Assembly: GCA_009773475.1 (NCBI GenBank)
Contig: WSXV01000003.1
Span: 91,179 to 155,178 of the forward strand
Direction: 5' to 3'
Length of the DNA stretch: 64,000 nt
Source: Desulfobulbaceae bacterium
Lineage (GTDB): Bacteria > Desulfobacterota > Desulfobulbia > Desulfobulbales > Desulfocapsaceae
Below, piece after piece: positions 49,812 through 59,823 of the stretch. Positions within the stretch are counted from its first letter, which is position 1. Each line of letters opens with the position of its first letter. Both the position numbers and the translations under genes were made by a program. The notes below the pieces were generated by a model. That model had not been told where the DNA came from, made no database searches, and was given only the letters and a program-made list of their open reading frames with translations.

Positions 49812-50417
49812 ATGGGGAAAAGAAGTGGAATTATGATGGTACTCGGCGCATTGTCGCTGGGAATGGTGGCGTTTACGCCCACCGTGAGCAGTGCTTCGCC
49901 TGCTAATTTTGGGTTTGAGAATGGGTTAAGTGGTTGGACGACGAGTACCACCCCAGGTAGCAGTGCGGCTGTAGTTAATAGTTTTTCAGGATATTCACCT
50001 CTATATGGCGGTAATTCTTTCCTGCTTCTCCAAGAGACTATACCAGGTAGCAGTGCCTTAGCTACTCAAACTTTTTCAATGGTTGCAGGCCAAACTCTGT
50101 CTGGTGTTTCAGCCTTTATTGGTGATAATAGCGTCTCAGCTGTTTCTTCTAGAATTATAATAGGTATAACCTCCCTGTCTACGGATGCTGAGTTTCAATT
50201 ATCACCAACAAGTTCATGGCAATCCTGGTCGTGGACTGCTGCTACAACTGGTACATATAACATTAGCTACCAATTGACTGGGTTTGGGCCAGGCACTAAA
50301 TCTGCTCTGTTCGATGCAGCTCCCGTACCCATCCCAGGCGCGGCCCTGCTTTTCGGTTCCGGGCTTTTAGGGCTGGTGGGAATTGGTGTTCGTAAAAAAA
50401 GTCCCAGTCTTGTGTAA
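49812..50417 (+). CDS. PEP-CTERM-type sorting-domain secreted protein, paralogue 2
   Basis: Signal peptide, then C-terminal VPIPGAALLFGSGLLGLVGIGVRKK. RBS GAGGAGG. Confidence 0.8.
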   Translation: MGKRSGIMMVLGALSLGMVAFTPTVSSASPANFGFENGLSGWTTSTTPGSSAAVVNSFSGYSPLYGGNSFLLLQETIPGSSALATQTFSMVAGQTLSGVSAFIGDNSVSAVSSRIIIGITSLSTDAEFQLSPTSSWQSWSWTAATTGTYNISYQLTGFGPGTKSALFDAAPVPIPGAALLFGSGLLGLVGIGVRKKSPSLV

Positions 50418-50486
50418 GGCGTTCTCCTCGGTAGTTTAGCTATCGGATATTTCGTCTACGTTGCAACACTGTAAGATGCTGTGATT

Positions 50487-50538
50487 CGGTCATGGTGCGA
50501 AAGATAGTATCTCTTTCGCACCATGACCGTTTTTTTTT
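50487..50538 (+). terminator. intrinsic terminator after PEP-CTERM paralogue 2
   Basis: Perfect 18-bp stem CGGTCATGGTGCGAAAGA / TCTTTCGCACCATGACCG followed by T9. Confidence 0.9.
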
Positions 50539-50638
50539 CTAAACGTGTATTGCAACCTGAATAATTCTTTAACCAAAATGAAATATCCGGTTGGTACAAA
50601 GGAGTATGCTTGAGCTTTTAGAGATCAAGGAAAATTAA

Positions 50639-51242
50639 ATGAAAATGAAATCTTGTGCAGGCCTGGCCGTTGGCTTGGCAATGGTCGGTTTGTCTGGTGT
50701 CGCAAGTGCGTTAACGTTCACCGACACAATAGATTTTGCTGGAAACACGACGTTGCTTGGTACCACATATAAAGAGATTACCAATGACTTCACCTATACA
50801 CATACAACTGTACGGGCTGACGTCAACACTGGATACCTTGGAGAATGCAACCCTGACCTTGAGGCATCGTCGTAACGATAATTTCAATCTGCCTATTCTT
50901 GGAATCGGAGAAATTTGGTTTTCATATGCAGGTGCAGCCGACAAGGTAGCCAATATTTTTGTTGGAAGGTTGGACTGGAGCAGCCTTGTATGGGAACCCC
51001 AGAGCTGGAAACTTTCAACTGCTATTCTTGACTTGATGGATAACGGTAATCCATGGCAATTGGAAGTCAATTTGCATGAAGATACTGCCGGTATTGACAA
51101 ACTGCAGATTGACTGGTCAACATTATCCGGAACTTACACCGTTAATCCACCACCAGCTCCGGTTCCGATCCCAGGGGCCGCGCTCCTGCTGGGTTCTGGA
51201 CTGGCTGGCCTTATCGGGGGTTGCAGAAAAAAGAAGGACTGA
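50639..51242 (+). pseudogene. PEP-CTERM-type protein, paralogue 3, split by a frameshift
   Basis: The signal peptide (MKMKSCAGLAVGLAMVGLSGVASA) is in one frame, 50639-50875. The body and the C-terminal VPIPGAALLLGSGLAGLIGGCRKKK are in another frame, 50736-51242. Confidence 0.55.
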
Positions 51243-51273
51243 TTTTTTCTTTTGCCGGTGCTCCCAAAAAAAA

Positions 51274-51304
51274 TGGCAGAGCCATTATGGCTCTGCCATT
51301 TTTT
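51274..51304 (+). terminator. intrinsic terminator after paralogue 3
   Basis: TGGCAGAGCCA-tta-TGGCTCTGCCA flanked by an A8 run and a T6 run. Confidence 0.85.
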
Positions 51305-51357
51305 CTTGCGTTGTCCACCTTGCCGGATTTCAGTTTTCGCGGTAATAGTTGCTGTGG

Positions 51358-51730
51358 CCCCAACCCCCTCTTGGGTTAAGAGGGGGTTGGGGGAGTTACG
51401 GCTTTACAGTGGCCTTGGCTTATAATTCCTAATTTGTCTTTTCATTCCAAACCCTGCGGTAACCCCTCCCAGCCTCCCCTTAACCTAAGGGGAGGAGCAT
51501 GGCGGAAGTAGGTTGTGGGGGTTGAGGTAATGGGATAGAGATTGAACGGATTTGGCTGGCCGGATGGTGATAGATGGTTGTTACGGTTGTTGGTCAAAGC
51601 CCCCTCTTGGGTTAAGAGGGGGTTGGGGGAGTTACGGCTTTACACCGACCTTGGCTTATAATTTCTAATTTGTCTTTCCATTCCAAACCCTGCGGTAACC
51701 CCACCCGACCCTCTCTTAATCGAAGGGGGA
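51358..51730 (+). repeat. two tandem A-spacer-B composite GC-rich elements (period about 236 bp)
   Basis: A copies lie at 51358-51400 and 51595-51636 (CCCCCTCTTGGGTTAAGAGGGGGTTGGGGGAGTTACG). B copies lie at 51452-51498 and 51688-51730 (CCCTGCGGTAACCCCTCCC..CCTCCCCTTAACCTAAGGGGAGG). Confidence 0.9.
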
Positions 51731-51826
51731 AATTTAAATGGCATGGTCTCCTTGCCTTCGGGTGAGCATAAACGCAGGATGCCTACCCACACGATCATTC
51801 TTCAAATATAAAATTAGGAGCGAGAT

Positions 51827-52837
51827 ATGAAAATTCTGGTGACCGGCGGGGCCGGCTATATTGGCAGTCATACCTGTTTGGAGTTGCTTGCGGCCGGGTA
51901 TGAGGTGGTGGTTGTCGATAATCTCTGCAATTCCAACCGGGAGGGGCTGCGCCGTGTGGAGGAGCTCGTCGGCAAGCAGGTGGTCTTTTACGAGCTGGAT
52001 CTGCGCGACACGGCCGGCCTGCATACCGTCTTCAAAGAGCATGCCATCGAGGCGGTGATCCATTTTGCGGGGCTGAAGGCGGTGGGTGAGTCGGTGCGGA
52101 TGCCGCTTCATTACTACAGCAACAATATCACCGCGACCTTAGGGTTATGCGAGGTGATGGCCGAGCATGATGTTAAAAATATCGTGTTTAGCTCCTCGGC
52201 TACGGTCTATGGCGATCCGGCCACGGTGCCGATTACCGAGGAATTTCCCCTGTCCGCTACCAACCCTTACGGCAACTCCAAGCTCTTTGTCGAGCAGATT
52301 CTTCAGGATCTGCACACCGCCGATGCCTCGTGGAATGTCGGCCTGCTGCGCTATTTCAACCCGGTGGGGGCGCATGTCAGCGGCCGCATCGGTGAAGACC
52401 CCAATGATATTCCCAACAACCTGATGCCCTATGTGGCCCAGGTGGCGGTGGGTCGTCTCAAGGAGTTAAGCGTCTTTGGCAATGATTACCCCACGCCCGA
52501 CGGCACCGGCGTGCGCGACTACATCCATGTGGTCGATCTGGCCAAGGGACATATCAAGGCCATCGAGAAATTGCGGAGCAAGCCGGGCGTTGTCATCTAT
52601 AATCTCGGCACCGGCAAGGGATACAGCGTCCTTGATATGGTCAAGGCCTTCGAGAAAGCATCGGGCCGCAAGGTGCCCTACCGGATTACCGCCCGCCGCC
52701 CCGGTGATATCGCCGCCTGTTATGCCGATCCCGCCAAAGCCAAAGCTGAACTGGGCTGGCAGGCCGAGAGGGGCATCGAAGAGATGTGCGTGGACGCCTG
52801 GCGCTGGCAGTCAACCAACCCCACCGGGTATGCCTGA
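51827..52837 (+). CDS. galE: UDP-glucose 4-epimerase
   Basis: [13 protein letters not shown], the YGNSK catalytic motif, and a GalE-type C-terminus. Confidence 0.9.
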   Translation: MKILVTGGAGYIGSHTCLELLAAGYEVVVVDNLCNSNREGLRRVEELVGKQVVFYELDLRDTAGLHTVFKEHAIEAVIHFAGLKAVGESVRMPLHYYSNNITATLGLCEVMAEHDVKNIVFSSSATVYGDPATVPITEEFPLSATNPYGNSKLFVEQILQDLHTADASWNVGLLRYFNPVGAHVSGRIGEDPNDIPNNLMPYVAQVAVGRLKELSVFGNDYPTPDGTGVRDYIHVVDLAKGHIKAIEKLRSKPGVVIYNLGTGKGYSVLDMVKAFEKASGRKVPYRITARRPGDIAACYADPAKAKAELGWQAERGIEEMCVDAWRWQSTNPTGYA

Positions 52838-53059
52838 ACTTTAGCAAGTGGTGCTGCCGGGCGCTGATTCGGCCGCACCGCTTGATTCTCTGGTTCCCCG
52901 CATCGTCCGGGGAACCGAATGTTTATCCCCGCATCCTAATGCAAATTTCATCCAATCATCACCTGATCCTGACGCAGCCTTGGTACAATTGCTGAAATTT
53001 TGCCTTCACCACAAAAACGTATTCCAACGAGCTTCTGGAATTCTCTTACACTCGCTCAG

Positions 53060-53159
53060 CTGCAAAATAACGACGCCGTCATTCCCGAGTGCTTTTATCG
53101 GGAATCCAGTGTCGTAGATTCAGTGTGTTATGGATTCCCGCCTGCGCGGGAATGACGGC
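53060..53159. repeat. MITE/REP-like element (family M), copy 2
   Basis: CTGCAAAATAACGACGCCGTCATTCCCGAGTGCTTTTATCGGGAATCC...GGATTCCCGCCTGCGCGGGAATGACGGC. The termini GCCGTCATTCCC / GGGAATGACGGC are inverted. Confidence 0.75.
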
Positions 53160-53488
53160 TCTACAAAACAGCAGGTTGTAGGGTAGGTCGGGTTCCAACC
53201 CGATGATGGGCGTGGGCGTACCACAGTTTTTGGATTAAAGCTCGATCTGTGATATCATGGCGAATGGTAGCTGAAATTTATAGTGAGCTTCTCTCTAAAA
53301 TCCATTAAACATCTTGCTGGGAAACGCTTTCCCAAAGGCCGGATGAGTCCCGTCCAAAAGCTCTTGCTCAGCAATTGGCAGGACAGGAAAACAACCTGTT
53401 TTAATACATAAAACGTTTTGACTTTCATCTGGTTCTCATGCGCCGCATGGGCGCCAGATGATGAGATGATTGGATGTTGGGAACAAAC

Positions 53489-53568
53489 CGTAGGATGGGC
53501 AAAGCGAAGCGTGCCCATCATGTTTGCTCAACGAATTGATGGGCACGCTTCGCTTTGCCCATCCTACG
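53489..53568. repeat. perfect 32-bp inverted repeat made of two REP-like hairpin units
   Basis: CGTAGGATGGGCAAAGCGAAGCGTGCCCATCA - 16 nt - TGATGGGCACGCTTCGCTTTGCCCATCCTACG. Each arm is itself a hairpin (GATGGGCA/TGCCCATC). Confidence 0.9.
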
Positions 53569-53711
53569 ACTACTCCTACATCAACTTTCAGCCTTGGGTT
53601 GGTCATCTGATACCCATGCGTCGTATGGGAGCCTGATGACCAACCAGGAAATCCTTAAGTTAATGGTATTGATTCCACAATAGATTCTCGAATAAAATAA
53701 AGCGTGATCTT

Positions 53712-54881
53712 ATGAAAACAGTACTCTCCGTATTTGGAACCAGGCCGGAGGCCATCAAGATGGCGCCGGTGATCAAGATGCTGGAAAGCCGGCCCGAGCA
53801 GTTCCGCTCGTTGGTTTGCGTCACCGCCCAGCACCGGCAGATGCTCGATCAGGTGCTCAACCTGTTTGCCATCAAGCCCGATCATGACCTTGACATCATG
53901 AAGCCGGGGCAGGACCTTTTTGATGTGACCTGCAATGTCCTTCAGGGCTTGCGGCCGGTGCTGGAGAAGGAAAAGCCCGATATCGTGCTCGTCCATGGCG
54001 ACACCACCACGACCATGGCCGCCGCCCTTGCCGCCTATTACTGCCGGGTTCCGGTGGGCCATGTGGAGGCCGGGCTTCGCACCCATAACAAATTCGCGCC
54101 CTTTCCGGAGGAGATCAACCGCACCGTGACCGGCGATCTAGCCGATCTCCACTTTGCCCCCACCGAGGCCGCTCGCCTAAATCTGCTGGCCGAAGGGGTG
54201 GCCGACGCCGCTGTCGCCGTCACCGGAAATACGGTTATTGATGCCCTGTTTATGGTGCGGGAGATGATGCAGCGCGATGGCCTTGATCAGCATATCGAGG
54301 GTGATCTTCTTGCCCGCTACCCGACCCTTGCCCCGGTGTTTGCCAAAACCGCCACCGGAGAAGCCAGCCGCCGTCTTATCCTGGTCACCGGCCATCGGCG
54401 CGAGAATTTTGGGGATGGCTTTGAAAATATCTGTCACGCCCTGAGCGATATTGCGGCCAGGTACAGCGATGTCGAGATTCTCTACCCCGTCCATCTGAAC
54501 CCCAATGTCCAGGAGCCGGTGAAGCGGATTCTGGGCCAGGGCAATATGAAGAACATCCATCTGATCGAACCGGTGGATTATCTCCCCTTTGTCCATCTGA
54601 TGAACCTCTCCTATCTGATTATCACCGATTCCGGCGGGGTGCAGGAAGAGGCGCCGTCGCTGGGCAAACCGGTGCTGGTTATGCGCGAGACCACGGAGCG
54701 GCCGGAAGCAGTCACAGCCGGTACCGTCAAGCTGGTGGGCACCGACCGCAACGCCATTGTGACCGAGGCGGCGCGGCTGCTGGACGACCGCGATGCCTAC
54801 CTTGCTGTGACCATGGCCCATAATCCCTATGGAGATGGCCTGGCGGCAGGGCGGATTGCCGATGTGCTGGCTCGGGATTAA
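53712..54881 (+). CDS. wecB: UDP-N-acetylglucosamine 2-epimerase (non-hydrolysing)
   Basis: [41 protein letters not shown]. Confidence 0.9.
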   Translation: MKTVLSVFGTRPEAIKMAPVIKMLESRPEQFRSLVCVTAQHRQMLDQVLNLFAIKPDHDLDIMKPGQDLFDVTCNVLQGLRPVLEKEKPDIVLVHGDTTTTMAAALAAYYCRVPVGHVEAGLRTHNKFAPFPEEINRTVTGDLADLHFAPTEAARLNLLAEGVADAAVAVTGNTVIDALFMVREMMQRDGLDQHIEGDLLARYPTLAPVFAKTATGEASRRLILVTGHRRENFGDGFENICHALSDIAARYSDVEILYPVHLNPNVQEPVKRILGQGNMKNIHLIEPVDYLPFVHLMNLSYLIITDSGGVQEEAPSLGKPVLVMRETTERPEAVTAGTVKLVGTDRNAIVTEAARLLDDRDAYLAVTMAHNPYGDGLAAGRIADVLARD

Positions 54882-55021
54882 ACTGAGAGGGAGATGAACT
54901 GGTGTCCACCGTCGAAGTCCTTTTTGAGTCTAACCCCGTGCGTGGCTGATATTCCCGTGCCGGCGTTCGACATTTGCTATGGGAGCGCGAAGGGCAGCCA
55001 CTTTACGTCGCCTGCGTCCCC

Positions 55022-55627
55022 ATGCTGATTCGGATTCTGTTGATATTGGCTTTCTTTGCCATGCTGCTGGTTGCAGTCCTCTTTTTTGCGCCGGGGTTTC
55101 TGGTCCATGCGGATAAGCCGGTCAAGGCCGATGCGGTGGTGTTGTTCTCCGGGCCGGGCCAGAAACATCGGCTGGAAGAGGCCCGACGGCTGATGCGTGA
55201 GGGCTATGCACAGGTTCTGATCATCCCGGATTTCGGTATCGTCAGCCGGGCAGAAGAAAATGGCGCACTGGAACCTGTGGCGCCGGAGTTGTGGCGGCAG
55301 GATAAACAGCAGAAGGGGTTGTCGCTTATGTCCTCCTATCCCCGTTATTTCGAAAGTACTCATGTCGAGGCGCTGGAGGCCAAGCGGATCCTTGACCGCC
55401 TCGGCCTGCGATCCGCGATTATGGTCAGTTCACCCTATCATACCCGGCGGATCAGCATGATCTGCAACAGAGTCTTCCGAGGCGGCTATGAATTTTCCGT
55501 GGTGCCGGCCCGCATGCAGCAGGCCTATTCTCTCCGGGACTGGCTTGACAAAGAACACCGGAAAAAGATCGTCAGCGAGTATGTCAAGATGATCTGGTTT
55601 CTGCTCTATGAGCCTTTGAGTGGCTGA
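55022..55627 (+). CDS. YdcF/DUF218 family protein
   Basis: N-terminal TM helix and the SPYHTRR motif. The start is uncertain; the longest ORF starts at 54974. Confidence 0.65.
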   Translation: MLIRILLILAFFAMLLVAVLFFAPGFLVHADKPVKADAVVLFSGPGQKHRLEEARRLMREGYAQVLIIPDFGIVSRAEENGALEPVAPELWRQDKQQKGLSLMSSYPRYFESTHVEALEAKRILDRLGLRSAIMVSSPYHTRRISMICNRVFRGGYEFSVVPARMQQAYSLRDWLDKEHRKKIVSEYVKMIWFLLYEPLSG

Positions 55628-55642
55628 GCGCTCTATTTGCAG

Positions 55643-55812
55643 CCCCTGCGGTAACCCCTCCCGACCTCCCCTTAACTGAAGGGGAGGAGAAAGCGATGGT
55701 GTCGGTAGGCGGTGGCGTTATGATAATGGATGGCAGCCGGGGACGGATGGTGTTGGTCGTTACCGCAATTCAAAGCCCCCCCTTAGGTTAAGAGGGGGTT
55801 GGGGGAGTTACG
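55643..55812 (+). repeat. B-spacer-A composite GC-rich element
   Basis: B copy at 55643-55689 and A copy at 55771-55812. The order is reversed relative to the 51.4-kb and 59.2-kb copies. Confidence 0.85.
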
Positions 55813-55968
55813 AAAGTTTACGGCGCTGTAGCCATTACACCCAACCCCAGCGGGTACGGCTGTTGTTTTCTGAGCCTTCAGTTGGTGGATGCGCTGTCCC
55901 TTATCCACCATTTTTAAAAATTACATTAAATTACAGTAAGTTAATAATAAAACAAAACTCGAGGAAAA

Positions 55969-57291
55969 ATGAACGTCACAATATTTGGAACCGGTTATGT
56001 GGGGCTTGTGCAGGCTGCCGTTCTTGCCGATGCCGGGCATAACGTCTGCTGTGTGGATATTGATGAGGGCAAGGTTGAGAACCTGAAAAAAGGGATCCTG
56101 CCCATCTACGAGCCGGGTCTGGGCCCGCTGGTTGTCCATAATTACAAAGAAGAGCGCCTGCGCTTTACCACCGACGCCGCTCAGGGCGTGGCTTTTGGTG
56201 AGTTGCAGTTTATCGCCGTCGGCACTCCGCCCGATGAAGATGGCTCCGCCGATCTCCAGTATGTGCTGGCCGTGGCCGAGACCATCGCCCGTCACATGGA
56301 CAAGCCGAAGATCATTGTCAACAAGAGCACCGTGCCGGTCGGCACCGCCGATAAAGTCAAAGACAAGGTTAACGAAGTTTTACAGCAGCGCGGCGAGGCC
56401 ATCACCTTTCATGTGGTGTCCAACCCCGAATTTCTCAAGGAGGGCGCGGCGGTCGGTGACTGCACCAAGCCCGACCGCATTATTGTGGGCACCGACAGCG
56501 AGGAGGCCGAAGATAAACTCCGTGAACTCTACGCCCCGTTCAATCGCAACCACGACCGCATGATTGTCATGGATGTGCGCAGCGCCGAGCTGACCAAATA
56601 CGCCGCCAACTGCATGCTGGCCACCAAGATCAGCTTTATGAACGAGATGGCCAATATCGCCGAGCATCTCGGCGCTGATATTGAAGCCGTCCGCCACGGG
56701 ATCGGCTCGGACTCCCGCATCGGGTATAGTTTTATCTACCCGGGCTGCGGCTACGGCGGTTCCTGCTTTCCCAAGGATGTGCAGGCGCTGATCCGCGCCA
56801 CCGGTACAATCGGCTATGACGCCCAGATTCTCAAGTCTGTGGAAGCGGTCAACGCCCGCCAGAAAATGGCGATGTTCGCGAAGATCAACCACCATTTCAA
56901 GGGCGATTTACAGGGTAAAACCTTTGCCGTCTGGGGACTGAGCTTCAAGCCCAATACCGATGATATGCGCGAAGCCCCATCCCGGGTGCTGATGGAGGCT
57001 CTGTGGCAGGCCGGCGCCAAAGTGCAGGCCTTTGACCCCGAGGCGATGAACGAATGCCAGCGCATCTACGGCCGCCACGATAGCCTGACCCTGGTCGGCA
57101 CCAAGGAATCAGCGCTTCGCAATGCCGATGCCCTGGTCATTGTCACCGAATGGCAGCAGTTCCGCGCACCCGATTTTGATTGCATCAAGGAAGAGCTGAG
57201 CACTCCCGTCATCTTTGATGGCCGCAATCTCTTCAGTCCCAAACGCATGGCCCGAAAAGGCTTTTACTACTATTCCATTGGAAGGAGTTGA
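55969..57291 (+). CDS. ugd: UDP-glucose 6-dehydrogenase
   Basis: [18 protein letters not shown] (catalytic Cys), and a UDPG_MGDP dehydrogenase C-terminal domain. Confidence 0.9.
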   Translation: MNVTIFGTGYVGLVQAAVLADAGHNVCCVDIDEGKVENLKKGILPIYEPGLGPLVVHNYKEERLRFTTDAAQGVAFGELQFIAVGTPPDEDGSADLQYVLAVAETIARHMDKPKIIVNKSTVPVGTADKVKDKVNEVLQQRGEAITFHVVSNPEFLKEGAAVGDCTKPDRIIVGTDSEEAEDKLRELYAPFNRNHDRMIVMDVRSAELTKYAANCMLATKISFMNEMANIAEHLGADIEAVRHGIGSDSRIGYSFIYPGCGYGGSCFPKDVQALIRATGTIGYDAQILKSVEAVNARQKMAMFAKINHHFKGDLQGKTFAVWGLSFKPNTDDMREAPSRVLMEALWQAGAKVQAFDPEAMNECQRIYGRHDSLTLVGTKESALRNADALVIVTEWQQFRAPDFDCIKEELSTPVIFDGRNLFSPKRMARKGFYYYSIGRS

Positions 57292-57295
57292 CAGC

Positions 57296-58309
57296 ATGAA
57301 GGTACTTGTAACCGGAGCGGCCGGATTTATCGGCTCCGCCCTCTCAATTCGCCTGCTCGCACGGGGCGACGAGGTCATCGGCATCGATAACCACAACGAC
57401 TATTACAACCCGCAACTCAAGGCAGACCGCCTGGCCCGCCACATCGACCATCCCCATTACACCCATGTGCGCGGCGACCTGGCCGACCGGGCCTGCATGG
57501 AAAATCTGTTCAAAGATACCAAGCCAAATCGCGTCGTCAATCTCGCGGCCCAGGCCGGGGTGCGCTACTCCATCGAAAACCCGCTGGCATATATTGATTC
57601 CAACCTGGTCGGATTCGGCCATATCCTTGAAGGCTGCCGCCATAATAATGTGGAGCATCTGGTTTATGCCTCATCAAGCTCGGTCTATGGCAGTAATACC
57701 AAAATGCCGTTTTCGGTCCACGACAATGTCAACCACCCCGTCAGCCTCTACGCCGCTACCAAGAAAGCAAACGAACTCATGGCCCATTCCTACAGCCATC
57801 TCTACAAGCTGCCCACCACCGGCCTGCGCTTCTTTACCGTCTATGGACCCTGGGACAGGCCGGACATGGCGCTGCAAAAGTTCGCCCAGGCGATTGTCAA
57901 CGACAAACCCATCAGCCTGTTCAACTACGGAAACCACCGCCGCGACTTCACCTATATCGACGACATCGTGGAAGGCGTCATCCGGGTGCTCGACAAACCG
58001 GCACAGCCAAACCTCGAGTGGAACGGCAACAACCCCGACTCCGCCTCCAGCTATGCGCCTTGGCGGATCTACAACATCGGCAACAATAACCCGGTAGAGC
58101 TCAAAGACTACATCTCCGCACTGGAGCAAGCCCTGGGCAAGGAAGCCAAAAAAGAGATGCTGCCGCTCCAGCCGGGGGATGTCCCCGACACCTATGCCGA
58201 TGTCGAAGACCTGGTGCGGGATTTAGGCTATAAGCCGCAGATGCAGCTCAGTGAAGGTATGAAGAACTTTGTTGACTGGTTTAAGGGATATTATATGGAA
58301 GGCAAATGA
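57296..58309 (+). CDS. NAD-dependent epimerase, UDP-glucuronate 4-epimerase-like
   Basis: [14 protein letters not shown] start after GGAGTTG, the YAATK catalytic motif, and [13 protein letters not shown]. The longer ORF start at 57215 overlaps ugd. Confidence 0.8.
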   Translation: MKVLVTGAAGFIGSALSIRLLARGDEVIGIDNHNDYYNPQLKADRLARHIDHPHYTHVRGDLADRACMENLFKDTKPNRVVNLAAQAGVRYSIENPLAYIDSNLVGFGHILEGCRHNNVEHLVYASSSSVYGSNTKMPFSVHDNVNHPVSLYAATKKANELMAHSYSHLYKLPTTGLRFFTVYGPWDRPDMALQKFAQAIVNDKPISLFNYGNHRRDFTYIDDIVEGVIRVLDKPAQPNLEWNGNNPDSASSYAPWRIYNIGNNNPVELKDYISALEQALGKEAKKEMLPLQPGDVPDTYADVEDLVRDLGYKPQMQLSEGMKNFVDWFKGYYMEGK

Positions 58310-58357
58310 GGATGTGGTTGCCATTTAAAATGAACTCCCATTTCTCAGGAGTGAAGC

Positions 58358-58768
58358 ATGACCACTGATGGCCTCCAGGATGTCCGATGGAAACAGCGTT
58401 TCGTCCACTTTCGGAAGGCGTTTGTTTTGCTCGAACAGACGATGACAATTGAGCATCCTTCAGATGCGGAACGGGCTGGTCTTATTCAGTTTTTTGAGAT
58501 GGCATTCGAGCTTTCCTGGAAGGTATTGAAGGATTATCTGGAGGAAGAGGGCTTTACCGTGCAGAGTCCTCGGGATACCCTCAAACAGGCTTTTCAGGCC
58601 GGTTTGCTGGAGAACGGTCATGTCTGGATGGAAGCGCTCAAAGACCGGAATCTTACCGTCCACACCTATGAAGAAAAGATAGCGATAGCGGTGGAGCAGA
58701 AAATCAGGGATGCTTATTTCCCTGCCCTCCTGACCCTATTTCAAACATTTGAGGCCAAGTTAGGGTGA
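58358..58768 (+). CDS. hepT: HepT-like toxin (nucleotidyltransferase substrate-binding protein, HI0074 family)
   Basis: RNLTVHTY fits the Rx4HxY HEPN motif. The WKQRF..F..A..L N-terminus is typical of HI0074. Confidence 0.85.
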   Translation: MTTDGLQDVRWKQRFVHFRKAFVLLEQTMTIEHPSDAERAGLIQFFEMAFELSWKVLKDYLEEEGFTVQSPRDTLKQAFQAGLLENGHVWMEALKDRNLTVHTYEEKIAIAVEQKIRDAYFPALLTLFQTFEAKLG

Positions 58769-59082
58769 TGCCTTTTGGCCTGCGGCAACAGGACCTGGAC
58801 GAGATTGCTCGGATTCTGCAAACATTCCAGGTCGTGGAAGAGGCGGTAATCTTTGGTTCCAGAGCGAAAGGGAATTTCAAAGATGGCTCGGATATTGATA
58901 TCGCCGTCATGGGAAAGGCGATAGATCAGGGAGTCGTTGCGTCGCTCTCATTTCGCCTTAACGAAGAGTCCTTGATGCCTTATTTTTTTGATATTGTCCA
59001 CTTTGAAGAAATTTCAGAAAAGGCCCTGCGTGAGCACATCAGTAGAGTTGGGCAATGTATTTACTCACGGGAGATCATTTGA
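58765..59082 (+). CDS. mntA: MntA-like nucleotidyltransferase antitoxin
   Basis: IFGSRAKG...GSDIDIAV (GSx10-DxD minimal NTase motif). There is a 4-nt overlap with hepT. Confidence 0.85.
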   Translation: MMPFGLRQQDLDEIARILQTFQVVEEAVIFGSRAKGNFKDGSDIDIAVMGKAIDQGVVASLSFRLNEESLMPYFFDIVHFEEISEKALREHISRVGQCIYSREII

Positions 59083-59143
59083 AAGAGTAGATTGTGGAGA
59101 TTGTAACATGTGTCTGGTTCCCACGCGGCGCATGGGCACCAGA

Positions 59144-59459
59144 CAAAAGCCCCCTCTTAGGTTAAGAGGGGGTTGGGGGCGTTACGACTACCACCGCACC
59201 TGGCTCTAAGCATCCGGCCCCTGCGGTAACCCCTCCCAGCCTCCCCTTAACCTAAGGGGAGGAGCAGAACGGAGGTAGGCCTGGGGTTGAGGGATTGGGT
59301 CAGTATGTAAGGTCTGAGGCATGTGTTTGTTCCGGCAAGTCAAAGCCCCCTCTTAGGTTAAGAGGGGGTTTGGGGGAGTTACGACTACCACCGTACCTGG
59401 CTCTAAACATCCAGCCCCTGTGGTAACCCCTCCCGACCTCCCCTTAACCTAAGAGGAGG
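59144..59459 (+). repeat. two tandem A-spacer-B composite GC-rich elements (period about 197 bp)
   Basis: A copies at 59144-59186 and 59341-59383. B copies at 59218-59265 and 59415-59459. Confidence 0.9.
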
Positions 59460-59598
59460 CGAAAGCAAGATCGGAGGTCGGTGGTTGTTTCTATCGTAAC
59501 CATGCTGCTAAAGATGGCTGCGTAGTTTTTCCTCTGCACCGCACGGAAGCTAGAAAAAAAGTCCGTCCTCTTTTACACATTTATAAACGAGGTGAAAA

Positions 59599-59823
59599 AT
59601 GAACACAAAAGAACTTATCGACGAGGCTGTTTTGCTGCCGGTGGAAGAACGAGCGTTGGTCGTTGATTCATTACTCCGAAGTCTCAATCAGCCGGAATCA
59701 GAGATAGACAAAAACTGGGCCGCTGTAGCGAAACGACGGCTTTCTGAAATGAGGTCCGGATCTGTGGAGGCTGTGCCGGGACAAAAAGTGTTTGAGAATA
59801 TCTGGAAAAGGTTTGAACAATGA
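59599..59823 (+). CDS. putative addiction-module antitoxin component (TIGR02574-like)
   Basis: MNTKELIDEAVLLPVEERALVVDSLLRSL...W...RRLSEMRSG pattern. RBS GAGGTG. Confidence 0.7.
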   Translation: MNTKELIDEAVLLPVEERALVVDSLLRSLNQPESEIDKNWAAVAKRRLSEMRSGSVEAVPGQKVFENIWKRFEQ

